From Octopus vulgaris (Eukaryota), in assembly GCA_951406725.2 (NCBI GenBank), contig OX597821.1:90086001-90150000 (forward strand): a stretch of DNA of 64,000 nucleotides. Direction: 5' to 3'. The position numbers and the translations under genes are program-made. The notes under the pieces were generated by a model. It was not told where the DNA came from. It saw only the letters and a program-made list of their open reading frames with translations, and ran no database searches. This document shows, piece after piece, positions 50,609 through 64,000 of the stretch; position 1 is the first letter of the stretch; each line of letters begins with the position of its first letter.

Positions 50609-51399
50609 AAACATTTTTATTACAAAAACATGACAGTCTTCTGTCACCGGACATACAAACGAACATCTCAAAAAAATTTAGAAAATTTAATTATCTACAA
50701 CTTTGTGTGAAAATTTTATCTCTCTTTTTCCCTGACTACCCGAATATATAGGTATGCCTTTTATTGTAACAATACAATTAAATGCACAATAAAAAGAAAA
50801 AGGAAAAAAGAATGTAAGCACCTGCCAATATATACAAACTGCACTATTACAAAAACTGAAAACCACAGTAAAACTTATAAAAAGAAAAAAAAAGAAGAAA
50901 ATAATAATTTCGAACGAAAAAATTTAGATTTTCAAAAATATGTATATAATTATTTTTTCTATCAGTAATGAAAAATAGAACAAGGTGACTTGGTTCTTTT
51001 CAAGGCCAAGGACAGCGCTTTCATTGATCGCTAGTAGTACTAAACATATTTGACCTCTGCTGACCTTAACGGTGTGAGGCCGCTTTTGTCTCTTTATCGC
51101 ATAAGAATGCCCATTGCTGATCTCTTCACCATCTGCCGAATCTATTTACCGACCTGTTGAATTTAATCTATTCACCAAGCTGTCTACCTTGCTCCTACTA
51201 TTCCCTTAAACACTCACATATTTATGAACATCTCAAGTACAAGACAAAAGTTGAAACTAAACAACATTGAATAATACCTTTTAATAATAAATAGGAATAA
51301 TAACAATGATGGTAATAATGGTGATGGGGGTAATAATGATAATAATAATAAATTAGTTAAAATTCATGTCGGATCAGAGGAAGTATTAACAATGACAAG

Positions 51400-52080
51400 T
51401 TGTAGTAAATTGACTTGAAACCCTGCTGCGCATGCACACTAAGTTTTAGCATATTGGCTCATTTCTGCTGTTTACAGCAGTGCTTGGAAGGAACGCGTGT
51501 AACGTGTGACCGTCGCATTGACCATGACAGAGAAAGTTGTCATGGTGATACCGGCTCAGAGTCCTATGCAAAGTTGTTGAAAGTGTGTGGATGGGAGTGT
51601 ACGAGTGGTTCAGTTGTTTCCAAGATGACCGAAAAAATGTCGATATTGACGAACGTTCTGAGAGACATGCAATCGGCAGGACTGAGAAAAACATCGCAGA
51701 TGTACGGGCAGCTGTGATGGGAAATCGTCGTTTCATCATCCGGGAGTTATCAGAAGTTGTGCTGATTAGTTACGGTTCAGTTTAGTTCATTAATACCGAC
51801 GATTTGTATAAGATAACTTTGTGTCAAGTTTGTGCCAAAACTGCTTTCAGCTGACTAAAGAGACACTGGGGTTTCAGTTGCACAAGATCTCTTGATTGAT
51901 GAAAAGGTTTTGAAAACTTTGCATGGGCCTGTGAACAAGTATCGCTTTGTGTTTGAGAAAATTCAATGCAGATTCTCTGGTTAACTTTGTGTCATAGTCA
52001 AGGCGGGTATCACACGCTACACACGTCCCCTCGAAGCAGTGTTGTAGCGACGTAATCATCCAAGTATAGCCTCATTGTCT
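51400..52080. mobile_element. Fold-back mariner derivative made of two 5' ends
   Basis: + strand gives VYEWFSCFQDDRKNVDIDERS...NRRFIIRELSEVVLISYGSV and KFVPKLLSAD (mariner HTH and linker). ~51915-52050 is an inverted diverged copy of ~51475-51575 and includes QRICIEF. Confidence 0.8.
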
Positions 52081-52130
52081 TTTGCTTGAAATGTGTGTAT
52101 TTTGAGTGAGACAGCTAGTTGTTGCTGTTG

Positions 52131-52496
52131 AGCGAAGCGGTCTTCGTCTCAGAGCTTGCAGTGGGAGAAGTCCGAAACGTGGTCCTTTGCTATTCGTAAA
52201 ACCCGCAGATGAGAAAGCAGGTCAACCCCCGACACCGAGAGCATCGACGGATGGATAAATGCGCATCGAGGCTCAGCGCTTGCGTAGGAAGTTGGGGACA
52301 AGAAACAGGAAGAAAGAGTGAGAGAAAGTTGAGGCAAAAGAGTACAACATGGGTCGCCACCCACCCCCCTGCCGGAGCCTCATGGAGCTTTAGGTGTTTT
52401 TACTCAATAAACACACACAACGCTCGGTCTGGGAATCGAAACCGCGACCCTCCAACCGCGAGTCCGCTGCCCTAACCACTGGGCCATTACACTTCC
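52131..52496 (-). mobile_element. SINE family A, tail type 3
   Basis: Family-A head and core at ~52300-52496, with an unrelated 3' part at 52131-52300. Confidence 0.9.
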
Positions 52497-55110
52497 ACTT
52501 GTTGTTTCTGTTGTTTATCCCTTGCTTAACTTACCTGTCATGACCACTAATTCTTTATTTCAGGTGGTATCTGCTAGTACATACTCCATCTCGTCCTTTT
52601 AAGGATAATGTCATGTAACTGAAGGAAGATCTGGATATTAGCTTTAGGTTATCGATATTGATTATATATTTTATCAAGCTCTGTGATATAAATGGTAATG
52701 ACAACTCCAGGGGGATACGAACTCACAACATGAAGGACTGAAACTAAATAGGGTGTTATTTATGAGACTCGTGTAATACTGCCTAACACTACTCGATCCC
52801 TACTTGCCAAACATATGGAACATCAAAGAAAATATTAGAAATGATGAAAAGCTACATTGTTCATATGCATTAGGAAAGGTATTTAAATGGGTTCCACTTC
52901 CTCATTGAAATCCAAATTGAGAGTTCAATCTACTGACTCATGGCGTTAACAGCAACAACAAATAAAACAAAACCGAACAGTGAAATTATTTCACCTCTCT
53001 TTTGTCAAATTGATTGAAATAGCAATAAATGATATGTTTATAAACTCTCTTATTGCTATATTAATTGCAGCAGAACATTTTGTAGTGGGGAGCGATGACA
53101 TTATTAAATACTCTATGTATTAAAGGAAGAACTGGAAAAAATGCTGCAATAATCTTAGCAACAACAAAAGCAATAAAAATCAACAACATCAATTTAATTG
53201 TAATTAAGCTCTTGATGAAAAAGCAATTTTATGATTGAAACTTAACTAAGTTTATTTGATAACAAACGACATGGTTAACTGCAGATGGTAGTGGTGTTAG
53301 TGATGGTAGTGGCGGTAATGGTGGTGAAGACAGGGGTGAGAGGAGGAGGGGGTGCATATTATTATTTGATGACAATATCAGAGAAAGTGCGGTTGAAGGT
53401 CACATGAGATTAACTCAGAAACTTGATTTTTCCGAATGTTGTGAACACTTTGATCATGATCGATATTTCCTTGGAGGCTGACTATTTGTCTGAGATGAGA
53501 TTTTTACGAGAGTATTATACGTATATTGCTTGAGCTATTAAACTCCATTTATTCTGTTTCTGGTAACACTAAAATATAATTTAGTATTCTCCAATTATCT
53601 TCAGGTGCCAAATCTACACTATATTTAAATTGGTGCATTCTACAGTCATCTTCTTCGACGAATGTCGTTTTGGCATTATATTTCAACGAACATATATTCT
53701 TCGCTGTCTGCAAAATGAGATTTTGTCATATACGAATTCTCGCTTTAGTGTTATAAAATATAAATATCTCATAAACACAAAGAAGCTTTTAAAAACCAGT
53801 GCTTAGCTTCTGTTTTTTAAAATATTAACTGACTGAAACAGTACAAGTCCTTAGCGAACTAAGGCAAAGTGTTGGAGAGACTTGTTGGTATAAATGAGAT
53901 GAGTGATAGAGAAATGAGTAAAAGAAAGATGTGTTCCAGCGAGAAGAGTGTTAGAGAGATTTGCAATGGGGAAATGAAAGGATAACAAAGAGTTAAGGAG
54001 GCAGTAGATAAAGATTTTGAGGTAAATCTATATAAATTATACCTCCAAATTACCCTCGCTGCCAGTTTTAAAGTTATTTTCCGACTTCCACCGATGTATG
54101 CCAGCTGACATGCAGAATCTTCAGATCAGTATTCGACACTTAATACCATCCTTACCACAACCTCCTACTTCAATAGGTCTCATTCATTTCAACTGAAGGT
54201 CACATCATTGTATAAATCTCTGTACACATTACATTACCAGGCAGTTTACTTTCTAGCACACTAGGTTTTAATCCTCTTTAGTTCTCTCAGTTCGTTTATT
54301 CTCCATCATTTATGCATGCTAATAGTCTCATAGAATGGAGGAAATTCATTTAATTTCTTTCTCAGCTACGCAGGTTTTCTGCATTCAAGGCCCATATGTT
54401 CACAGTCACAAACATAATACAATCGGCTTTTCATTATAAGGAAGAAGCTTTCTGTCGCTAACAGACATAACAACATCATGGACATTCTGCGACTTCCTAC
54501 TCTGACTACAACGTTTTCAGAACACTCAATGCCAATTATGTAATCTAGGTAACAAAAGCTATCAACTTCTGGAGAAGTTAGCAAGAATTTAGGTGGATTT
54601 AGTTTTTGTTAATTCTCAATACATATCACCACACTCTTGCACCGGCTTCATATCAAGTCTAACATCTTCGTTAGCTTGATTGCAAACCCATATATACCAC
54701 CTGTACAATCGTAGTCGTGAGGGCACACAGCATGGAATTAAACAATGGAGTATAAATATGCAGAGAGAAAAACTGGGTAGAATGGATTTAGATTTTAGTG
54801 TGCAAGTTACCGCAATGTGATAAATATGTAGGATGGCAGTCATAAAAAAAGCATGACCCTTACCAAATGTAAATATTCTGAAAGAGACAAACGAAAGAAA
54901 ACATAAGAAGTGGTGATCACAGGAGTGTGAAGGTTGAGCCTCAAGAAAACAAGAAGACTGTAACAAGTAGTGACACCTTCTACTGGCGGAAGCTAAATGA
55001 ATCGTCCAACATATGAAAAGGAAGGAAGAATGGACATGAAATGTTATTCGCGATTATGTGTACATAGAATAACATATATACACGATCACAGTTATGTGTG
55101 TGCGTATGCG

Positions 55111-55162
<52 letters not shown>

Positions 55163-55202
55163 CAAGTATAAATATATGCATACATAAATATATACATTTG
55201 TA

Positions 55203-55248
<46 letters not shown>

Positions 55249-55724
55249 TAATTTTCCCGTATGCATCTACGTGTGTGAACGCGATAGAAGGCGTGTGAAA
55301 GTGTGTGTATGTGAGCGTAGATGAATTCGTATATGAATATTTGCATTGAATATTGAGGTCATACAGCAGAATCCTATAAAGAAATATTTATTATAAATGG
55401 AGTAATTTAATACTGTATAATAGAAATATTAATTAGATTTTTGTCTTAAAGAATTAGTATATATGTGTATTGTGTTAAAGAAGTTAATTAAATAATTAAT
55501 GATATAATATTTATCTATAAAACACATGACGCAGTCAAAAATATACACAACACTAACTGTTGATAAGTATACACATTATACACCAGAGACCACAACAACA
55601 AGCTTGCTCCTGAAATGTACGTCTGGGTATGTGTGTGCATGTGTATGTGAAATGCAAACAGAATACAAAATTCATAAATATATTTACGCATACATACATG
55701 CAATTATGTATAAAAGCATGTATG

Positions 55725-55795
<71 letters not shown>

Positions 55796-55850
55796 AGAGA
55801 GAGAGATAGGAAGAGAGAGAGAGAGGGGGAGAGAGAGAGAGAGAGAGAGA

Positions 55851-56152
55851 GAGGCGCAATGACTCAGTGGTTAGGGCACCGGCTCGCGGTCGTAGGATTG
55901 CGGTTCGATTCCCAGACCGGGCGTTGTGAGTGTTTATTGAGCGAAAACACCTAAAGCTCCATGAGGCTTCGCCAAGGGTAGTGGCGATCCCAGCTGTACT
56001 CTTTCGCCACAACTTTCACTTTTTCTTCTGTTGGCCTGCTCACTTAGCCAGCGGGGTTACGTCATTTGAAGGCTGAAGCAATGCGAAGCACATAGTGACC
56101 AGCGATGTGTAGCAACATCTGATAGCCTGGTCGGTCACGGTGATCACGGTGA
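55851..56152 (+). mobile_element. SINE family A, tail type 2
   Basis: Matches 47380-47685. Ends in (TCACGGTGA)2. Confidence 0.92.
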
Positions 56153-56181
56153 CATATGTATATATATATATATATACATAT

Positions 56182-56405
56182 AGCTGACAGAAACGTTAGC
56201 ACGCCGGGCGAAATGCGTAGCCGTATTTCGTCTGTCGTTACGTTCCGAGTTCAAATTCCGCCGAGGTCGACTTTACCTTTCATCCTTTCGGGGTCGTTAA
56301 ATTAAGTACCAGTTACGCACTGGGGTCGATGTAATCGACTTAATCCGTTTGTCTGTCCTTGTTTGTCCCCTCTGTGTTTAGCCCCTTGTGGGTAGTAAAG
56401 AAATA
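56182..56405 (+). mobile_element. SINE family C, long tail
   Basis: AGCTGACAGAAACGTTAGCACGCCGGGCG...CTGTGTTTAGCCCCTTGTGGGTAGTAAAGAAATA, within (TA)n. Confidence 0.92.
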
Positions 56406-56406
56406 T

Positions 56407-56453
<47 letters not shown>

Positions 56454-56698
56454 AAGGCGTATCAATATATCATAATCATCAATGTTTTTTATGTTCACTT
56501 TTCCATGCTTACATAAATCGGTCAGTATTGGCTTAGAGACATGTTCTACTACTGTATCACCATCATCTCACTAACCCACCCGTTTCCAAACATGAAGACA
56601 TACATGAAGACCACATACATGAAGATGACGCAGTCATAAGCACACATATACAAGCTATATCACTCTCTGACGTCTATGTCAATACACATATAAACATT

Positions 56699-56741
<43 letters not shown>

Positions 56742-57649
56742 CTTTACACATATATGTGCGTATATATTTTCGTTTGCATATACATATATATATTTACACA
56801 GTTTACACACGCACGCAAATGTACGCCTACAGGTATATATAAGAGGCTTCTTTCAGTTTCCATCCATGAAACCCACTCACAAATCACTAATCAGTCCAGG
56901 GTTGTTGTAGAGCACAATTCCTTATGATACTTTGGTGTGGGAATGGACCAAAAGGCCGGCATCAAACGTATAAGAACACACACATACATTTAATATAAAG
57001 GAGGATGGTTGCCTTTCTTGCATTATCGAGCGATCTCATAGAGATTCAATCATTCAAAGAATGTATATATATCGTACGCATATATATGCGTTTATATAAG
57101 CAGACATTAAAATGCTTATGTTACATACAAGTGTTAGAAAATCACGTCCCAGAATGCAGTACATGCTGGTAAAATGTGATTCACGCTGACCGTATGTGCG
57201 TCGAATTGTATGTAATAATGTGTGTGTGTGTGTATCTGTGTGAATACTTAGAGTGTTGTGCTTGACAAGTACATTAAGACTATACTTCTGCATGTATGTG
57301 TGTATGTATATATATGTATGTGTGTATGCATATATGTATGCACTCACTTATGTATGTGAAAATACATGTTTACACATGTAATGAACATATATTGATATAT
57401 GCATGGATTTATGCTTTTGCAAAGATATTCATATAAAAGTCTGTGTAATTTTGTATATGTATATTTGTGCGTATGCATACATGTGTGTATTTGACAAGTT
57501 TGTGTTGATGTCTGAGTTTTTCCCTACTTCACTATTGCATAGCAGTTCTGAGCATAAAAAAATATTTTGGTAACTAAAATGAAAGGGCACCAATATTTTC
57601 TACCATAACCCCTGGAGGTTTAAAAACAAGGAAACGATAAAGATCAACA

Positions 57650-57920
<271 letters not shown>

Positions 57921-58643
57921 TGACAAACAAAATATTCAAATAACTACCAGAAAATAAAATAAATAGCCATCCTGCAGGAGATGACATCCTCAGAAGTGAA
58001 AGTAAATAACAACTACAAGTTAACAAATAGAAATGAGTAAATATTAAGCAGAAAGTGAAAATAGATGGGGATTTGAAAGGGCAAATGTTAAGGTCTGTCA
58101 TAAGCAATAGTTCAAACCGTAAGTGAAAACATGCAATTACTAGAGAACTTATTAAAGGCGAAGGAAAGAAGGAAAGATATAAGCTGAGAATAGTGGAGGG
58201 AGATCAACACTAAAGAAGTAAAAATTGAATAAGGAAAAAATTTGAAGAGCAAATATTTATTCTGTGAATATTGTTGCAGCAATGTTTTAGCTAGAATATA
58301 TCTGAGTTGCATGATAATGAGCTCTGTCAAAATAACACAAGGTGTAAATCCGATAATAGAGTTACACACAGAGGAACATGTATACACATGTGTCTGTATA
58401 AATTGTAAAAAAATTGTTTTTATGCCGGCTGTGTATATGTATATGTGCGGGCACACTCATTTAAACACAGACACGCACACATACACATTCATATATTCGC
58501 GTGCGTGTAGCTATACAAATAGTCGTTCATAAATGCATTTTTATTAATGTGTGTGTGTATGTGTATTCAATCATAAGTTATATATTTCATGTATATTTAT
58601 ATATAGATGCATACAAACACTTAGACACACACACACACACACT

Positions 58644-58703
<60 letters not shown>

Positions 58704-59426
58704 TGCATAAGCATGAACATACATACATACAAATATTATTTCGCCATACATTTACTCAATATTGTCTCTCGATAAATAGTATTTCTTTCCTATGTACTTT
58801 TATACTCAACAATATTACCGTTTTATTTTACAACCCACAATTAATGTACATTTGCTGAGAGACGGTAAACTATGCATTCAAGTGTGGATAGATTATGGAA
58901 GCATGGATAAATTATGGGCACGTGAATATAATACAGTATAATACAGTATATTGGGCTTGTACATCAATAATTCTAATCTGCTACAGATATTTTGAACAGT
59001 CAGGATAGCTAACTGAATATATCTCTTCTTATATCTGCAAAATTCAGATTTCTAAGAAACAGGAATATTCATACATCATCATGCTTACTCAGTGAATGTG
59101 ATAAGAAAAAGTTAATGTATGGGTACAGCAGGATCCTATGCTGTGTCCAAGAACAGGATAGCCAATTCTCTGATGATGGCACGTTAAATTGCTCCCAGTG
59201 CGCCCTAAAATGTGTCAGTTCATCTATATAACCATGCTAAAAGTGGAATATGCAAGCTACACGTAGTCCTACAACTTATTTAGGAGAGCAATGTTTCTAT
59301 ATCGAAATTGGAACTGATGCAGAATTTAACAACTTATCCAATCAGTTAGTTGACCGAAACTTCAAAGTCATTGTCAATAATCTTGTTAACGAATAATAAA
59401 TATAAATATATATATATATATATGTA

Positions 59427-59521
<95 letters not shown>

Positions 59522-61916
59522 GTATGTATTATGTATCTGTGTATGCGGTAGATGTATGCATTTGTATATACATATATACATATGTGTGTGTGTGTTTACT
59601 TATCTATATGTATAATATGTAAATATACATTGAATTAAAGATCTGTGTATTACAGAGACTGATGATTCCATCTTATATTCCTTCAGACTGAGTGGATGTT
59701 TTGTTAGTGTCTAGCTATATTTATAAGAAAGAGGTTTCCTTGGAGAATATAATCATCGTAGGATACAGGTTGGCTTTTTCCCTATCACTGCGTATATCTA
59801 GTTCAACATAGCCGAATTTCCTTTATCTTAGCAAATGAACAGGAAGCAGCAGTGTGTCTGAGAACACCTTCACTAGAAAAGTTTCTGTCATTTCATGCTT
59901 AGAATCTTAAACGTGAAAATGATTAAAAATGTTAGTATTGTACTGATACAAATTCTCAAGAGTGGCCAGTCGCATGTATTTGCACAACAAAGATAAAAGA
60001 GGATATATTAAATACCATACAACACAATACTTTATTGATCTCCTGAAATTATCTTCCCATCCGTGAGTAGTAAACAAATTGCTTATTAGCAGTTACGAAC
60101 AAGTTCAGATAAGAGTTGATTTAGTTCACTCAGAATAATATCATTTTGTTTATGTAAATAATCTAGTAAGAATATCTGCTCTACTTTTTCTTGTATATGT
60201 CTAAGCGTCCCATCTGCTTGATAAAAGATAGGAACACTGCTGCACTGTGGAGACAGAAACATATGTCAACACCTGTCATCTAGTCTCCAGACAATAAACT
60301 TGTTTTTTCTTTAATGTTACACAACTTTTTTAAGAATTACTGAATTTTGCATTACTTCTCGCTAAGAATTTATCTCGATTTCCACAATACAATTGTTCAG
60401 CAACACCTGAAAGTAAAAATAGTTTTAATAAATCACGAATTTAATTTGTATGGTATTAAGTCTGGGGTCGATCATTTCGTCGCTTAAATACATGTTTATT
60501 GCTACTTGGAGTTGTTTCGTTTCAGTTAATTTTTGTTTCCCGTGCACACACATATATACGCACGCCATTCACTCATATATACACGCATAGTGTGTGTGTG
60601 TGTGCGCGCGCATGTGTGTGTGTATGTGTGTGCGTGTGTGTATTTATATGTTTCTATAAGTGCTAAAAACATACCCCTACAAACTGGGACACCAGTCACG
60701 AAAATAGCATGAAATTCTGTTTTCCTTTTATTATTACCTTCACAATCCTATTAGGACAAAGACCGCTTTTGACTTTCAAAGAAAGAATCAACAAGGAAAA
60801 CCGAAATGGAACAAAAATCATGCAAGCGTTGTCACTATTCTTCAAAATGTAATGTTTTGGATTTATTTACTTTTAGTTTTCTTTTAATCTCGACTTCGTT
60901 ATTTTAAAAATTAATCAATTATTATTTAAAAACAACCATTAAAGCAAAACTGAGGGCTTTGAGGAAAACAAAATAAACAAACAAAAATTAACGCACTAGA
61001 AATAAAAATATAAAAGAGGAATCCAACTTATAACAAATAAAGAATAATACTAGAAAATTCTTCTAACCAAATTCCTGTTTTCCAAACGTTGATGGAATCA
61101 AACGATTACCAGACCTGAAATGCAATTATACTTAGAGAATCTCTGAGAAATTTGAAAGATTTAATCGACTTAGACTGTTTAGAACTGTCTCGATATTTGA
61201 AAGGATGTGTGTGTGTTTATTGTGTTTATATTCTTCCTTTACAGTTTGTTGGACATTTATATTTATTTTCCGATTCCAGTGACAATATAGAGATGTATAT
61301 TTGAATAGCATATAATATAGTTATGATCGTTTTATTGTATATAAGACTAACCATATTAGTACCTTTGATTATATATATATATATTTAAACATTGAAACAC
61401 ATATTTGGAAGTATAAATTGATGAAGAGTTACTCATTTTGCATAATCAAGCTTATTCAATCATACAAATTGTAATTTCTACGCAATAGCTACTCCGAGTA
61501 TCCGACGGCATCGGAAACGTGTTGCTGACTTCTCCGGAGAGGAAAAAAAGTCGGGCATCTTTGTGTCAGGAAGCATGGTGTAAATTTAGTTGTCCGAAAC
61601 ATACTAGCCTATTACCCAGTCCTGGAAGAACATTTAAATGAAATATCCTGCATTAGGAGAGATTGAAATTATGTCTCATTTTCAAACCAGAAGAGAGGTT
61701 GAAAATACAAACAGCGCGAGCCACACACACATTACATACATGTAGATATACATATGTATAGATGTATACATACATACATAGGTACATACATAATTTCGGT
61801 AATGCACTTCTTTAGTAAATGTTTTGATCTAAAACCGTGTTATGAAACAGAAACAATTATATCATGTTTCTCAGTTTTCTTCGCATCTGGATAGTATTGT
61901 ATGTTACGAAATGTTA

Positions 61917-61917
61917 A

Positions 61918-61992
<75 letters not shown>

Positions 61993-61993
61993 C

Positions 61994-62066
<73 letters not shown>

Positions 62067-62074
62067 TAATAATA
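61917..62074. repeat. (AAT)n microsatellite
   Basis: Direct reading. Confidence 0.95.
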
Positions 62075-62968
62075 CAAGCCACTGACAGAATTCCAGGGCA
62101 GTATGATGAAACTCAGAGTACTAAGTCTGTAAAACTCTCAATTCGAGTGGTTAGTCGATTTATACTTTTAAATGTTTTTGCGCGTTCGTATATATGAGCG
62201 TGTCTGTGTGTGAGTTTGTATGTATCTTTCTGTGTGTATCTGATGTACGTATGTGTTAGTATGTATGTATAAAATGCATCCAGTAGTGGTGGTGGGCCCT
62301 ACTTTGAGGGACCCAGTGTTTTGAGGAAAAGAGTTGTAAAACCATCTCTTAGCCACTAGTGCTCCCAGGCATTCTCTGATCCGGAGTAGAAATATCTGTC
62401 AAGGTCCCGGCATGTGTGAATAAGCATATTAAGGCTTGCCTACGTATGCATGTGATGACTGGGTTTAGTGAACACTGCGGAAGAAATCTTCTTGGTTCAA
62501 TGTAGAGTAAGGCGGCTGACGCAACGCAGTTTGAAGAGCAAGATGAGCAAATAAATCACCACGTTCGTCCCTTGTATCCAGCTCCGCCAGAAGCCGTCTT
62601 GATCTGATCTTACTACTGGGTTGATGATGATCACGGATGACAACGTGAAGTTGATGGTGTACAACTCTTCTTTACTGTAAAAATAGACACTGCGTAGGTC
62701 TTTCGTTACTTTGGATGACTAGAGGGTGCTCGTCACGTCGATGGATGAATATGATTTATATATAGGAGAGTACTATGCAAATGCAGATATTAATGTAAGC
62801 AGGCTAAAGGCAATCAGAGTAATTACATGATTAAATAGACTTCTAGTTTCTGACTAGAACTTTAACTGATCTTGAAGTGATCAATTTTCAATTTGAACAG
62901 TCAACATTTGAACAACAGACGTGAAACACTGGAAAGTTTTATCAGATACTCTAATCACTAGGCTGCTG

Positions 62969-63830
<862 letters not shown>

Positions 63831-64000
63831 AAGGCCTGGTACAGTACCAGGCAGTGGCTCTTATCTGATTGGAAGTGTTATCATGTACATTTTTTAGTCT
63901 TGGTATAAAGAGCTACAGCAAATATTCTGCTCAAAGCCACAGATTTGCTTATCAGTTGCTTGATCTTAACCAGTTGAGCATGTCCCTTACTGGCTGACGA
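63831..64000 (+). mobile_element. Probable interspersed repeat starting in the (AAT)n array and running out of the window
   Basis: Abrupt switch to complex sequence. Resembles, from recall only, the upstream part of the element at 44140-44496. Confidence 0.4.

Noticed and set aside
53380-54350. Faint RT-like peptides (LDFS..., HFAD...) and a CR1-like tail; similar at 51020-51200
   Set aside because: Too short and degenerate to distinguish from chance without a profile search.
62280-62750. Moderately GC-rich island as a possible exon
   Set aside because: No sustained ORF or convincing splice-site pair. More likely an old TE fragment.

Overview
AT-rich, microsatellite-dense eukaryotic DNA with no host protein-coding gene I can support, so probably intergenic or a large intron. 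The tRNA-derived SINE families look like those I recall from Octopus; this is an inference, not a database result. Nearly everything recognisable is transposon-derived. There are at least four tRNA-SINE families (called A-D here) with visibly swapped modules, and a 2.06-kb TSD-flanked retroelement encoding only an L1/Tx1-type ORF1 (CCHC knuckle, no RT) inserted into a SINE tRNA head. Also present are a 524-bp Gypsy mini-element with a 5-bp TSD, RTE-group LINE fragments (one with 5'-inversion geometry), a decayed mariner, a fold-back mariner, a Tc1/mariner MITE, two non-autonomous Helitrons sharing a 3' end, probable hAT fossils, hammerhead-ribozyme-like motifs and a near-perfect 31-bp hairpin. 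Almost all listed ORFs are microsatellite or SINE read-through artefacts. All alignments and translations were done by eye, so boundaries without a TSD are approximate.
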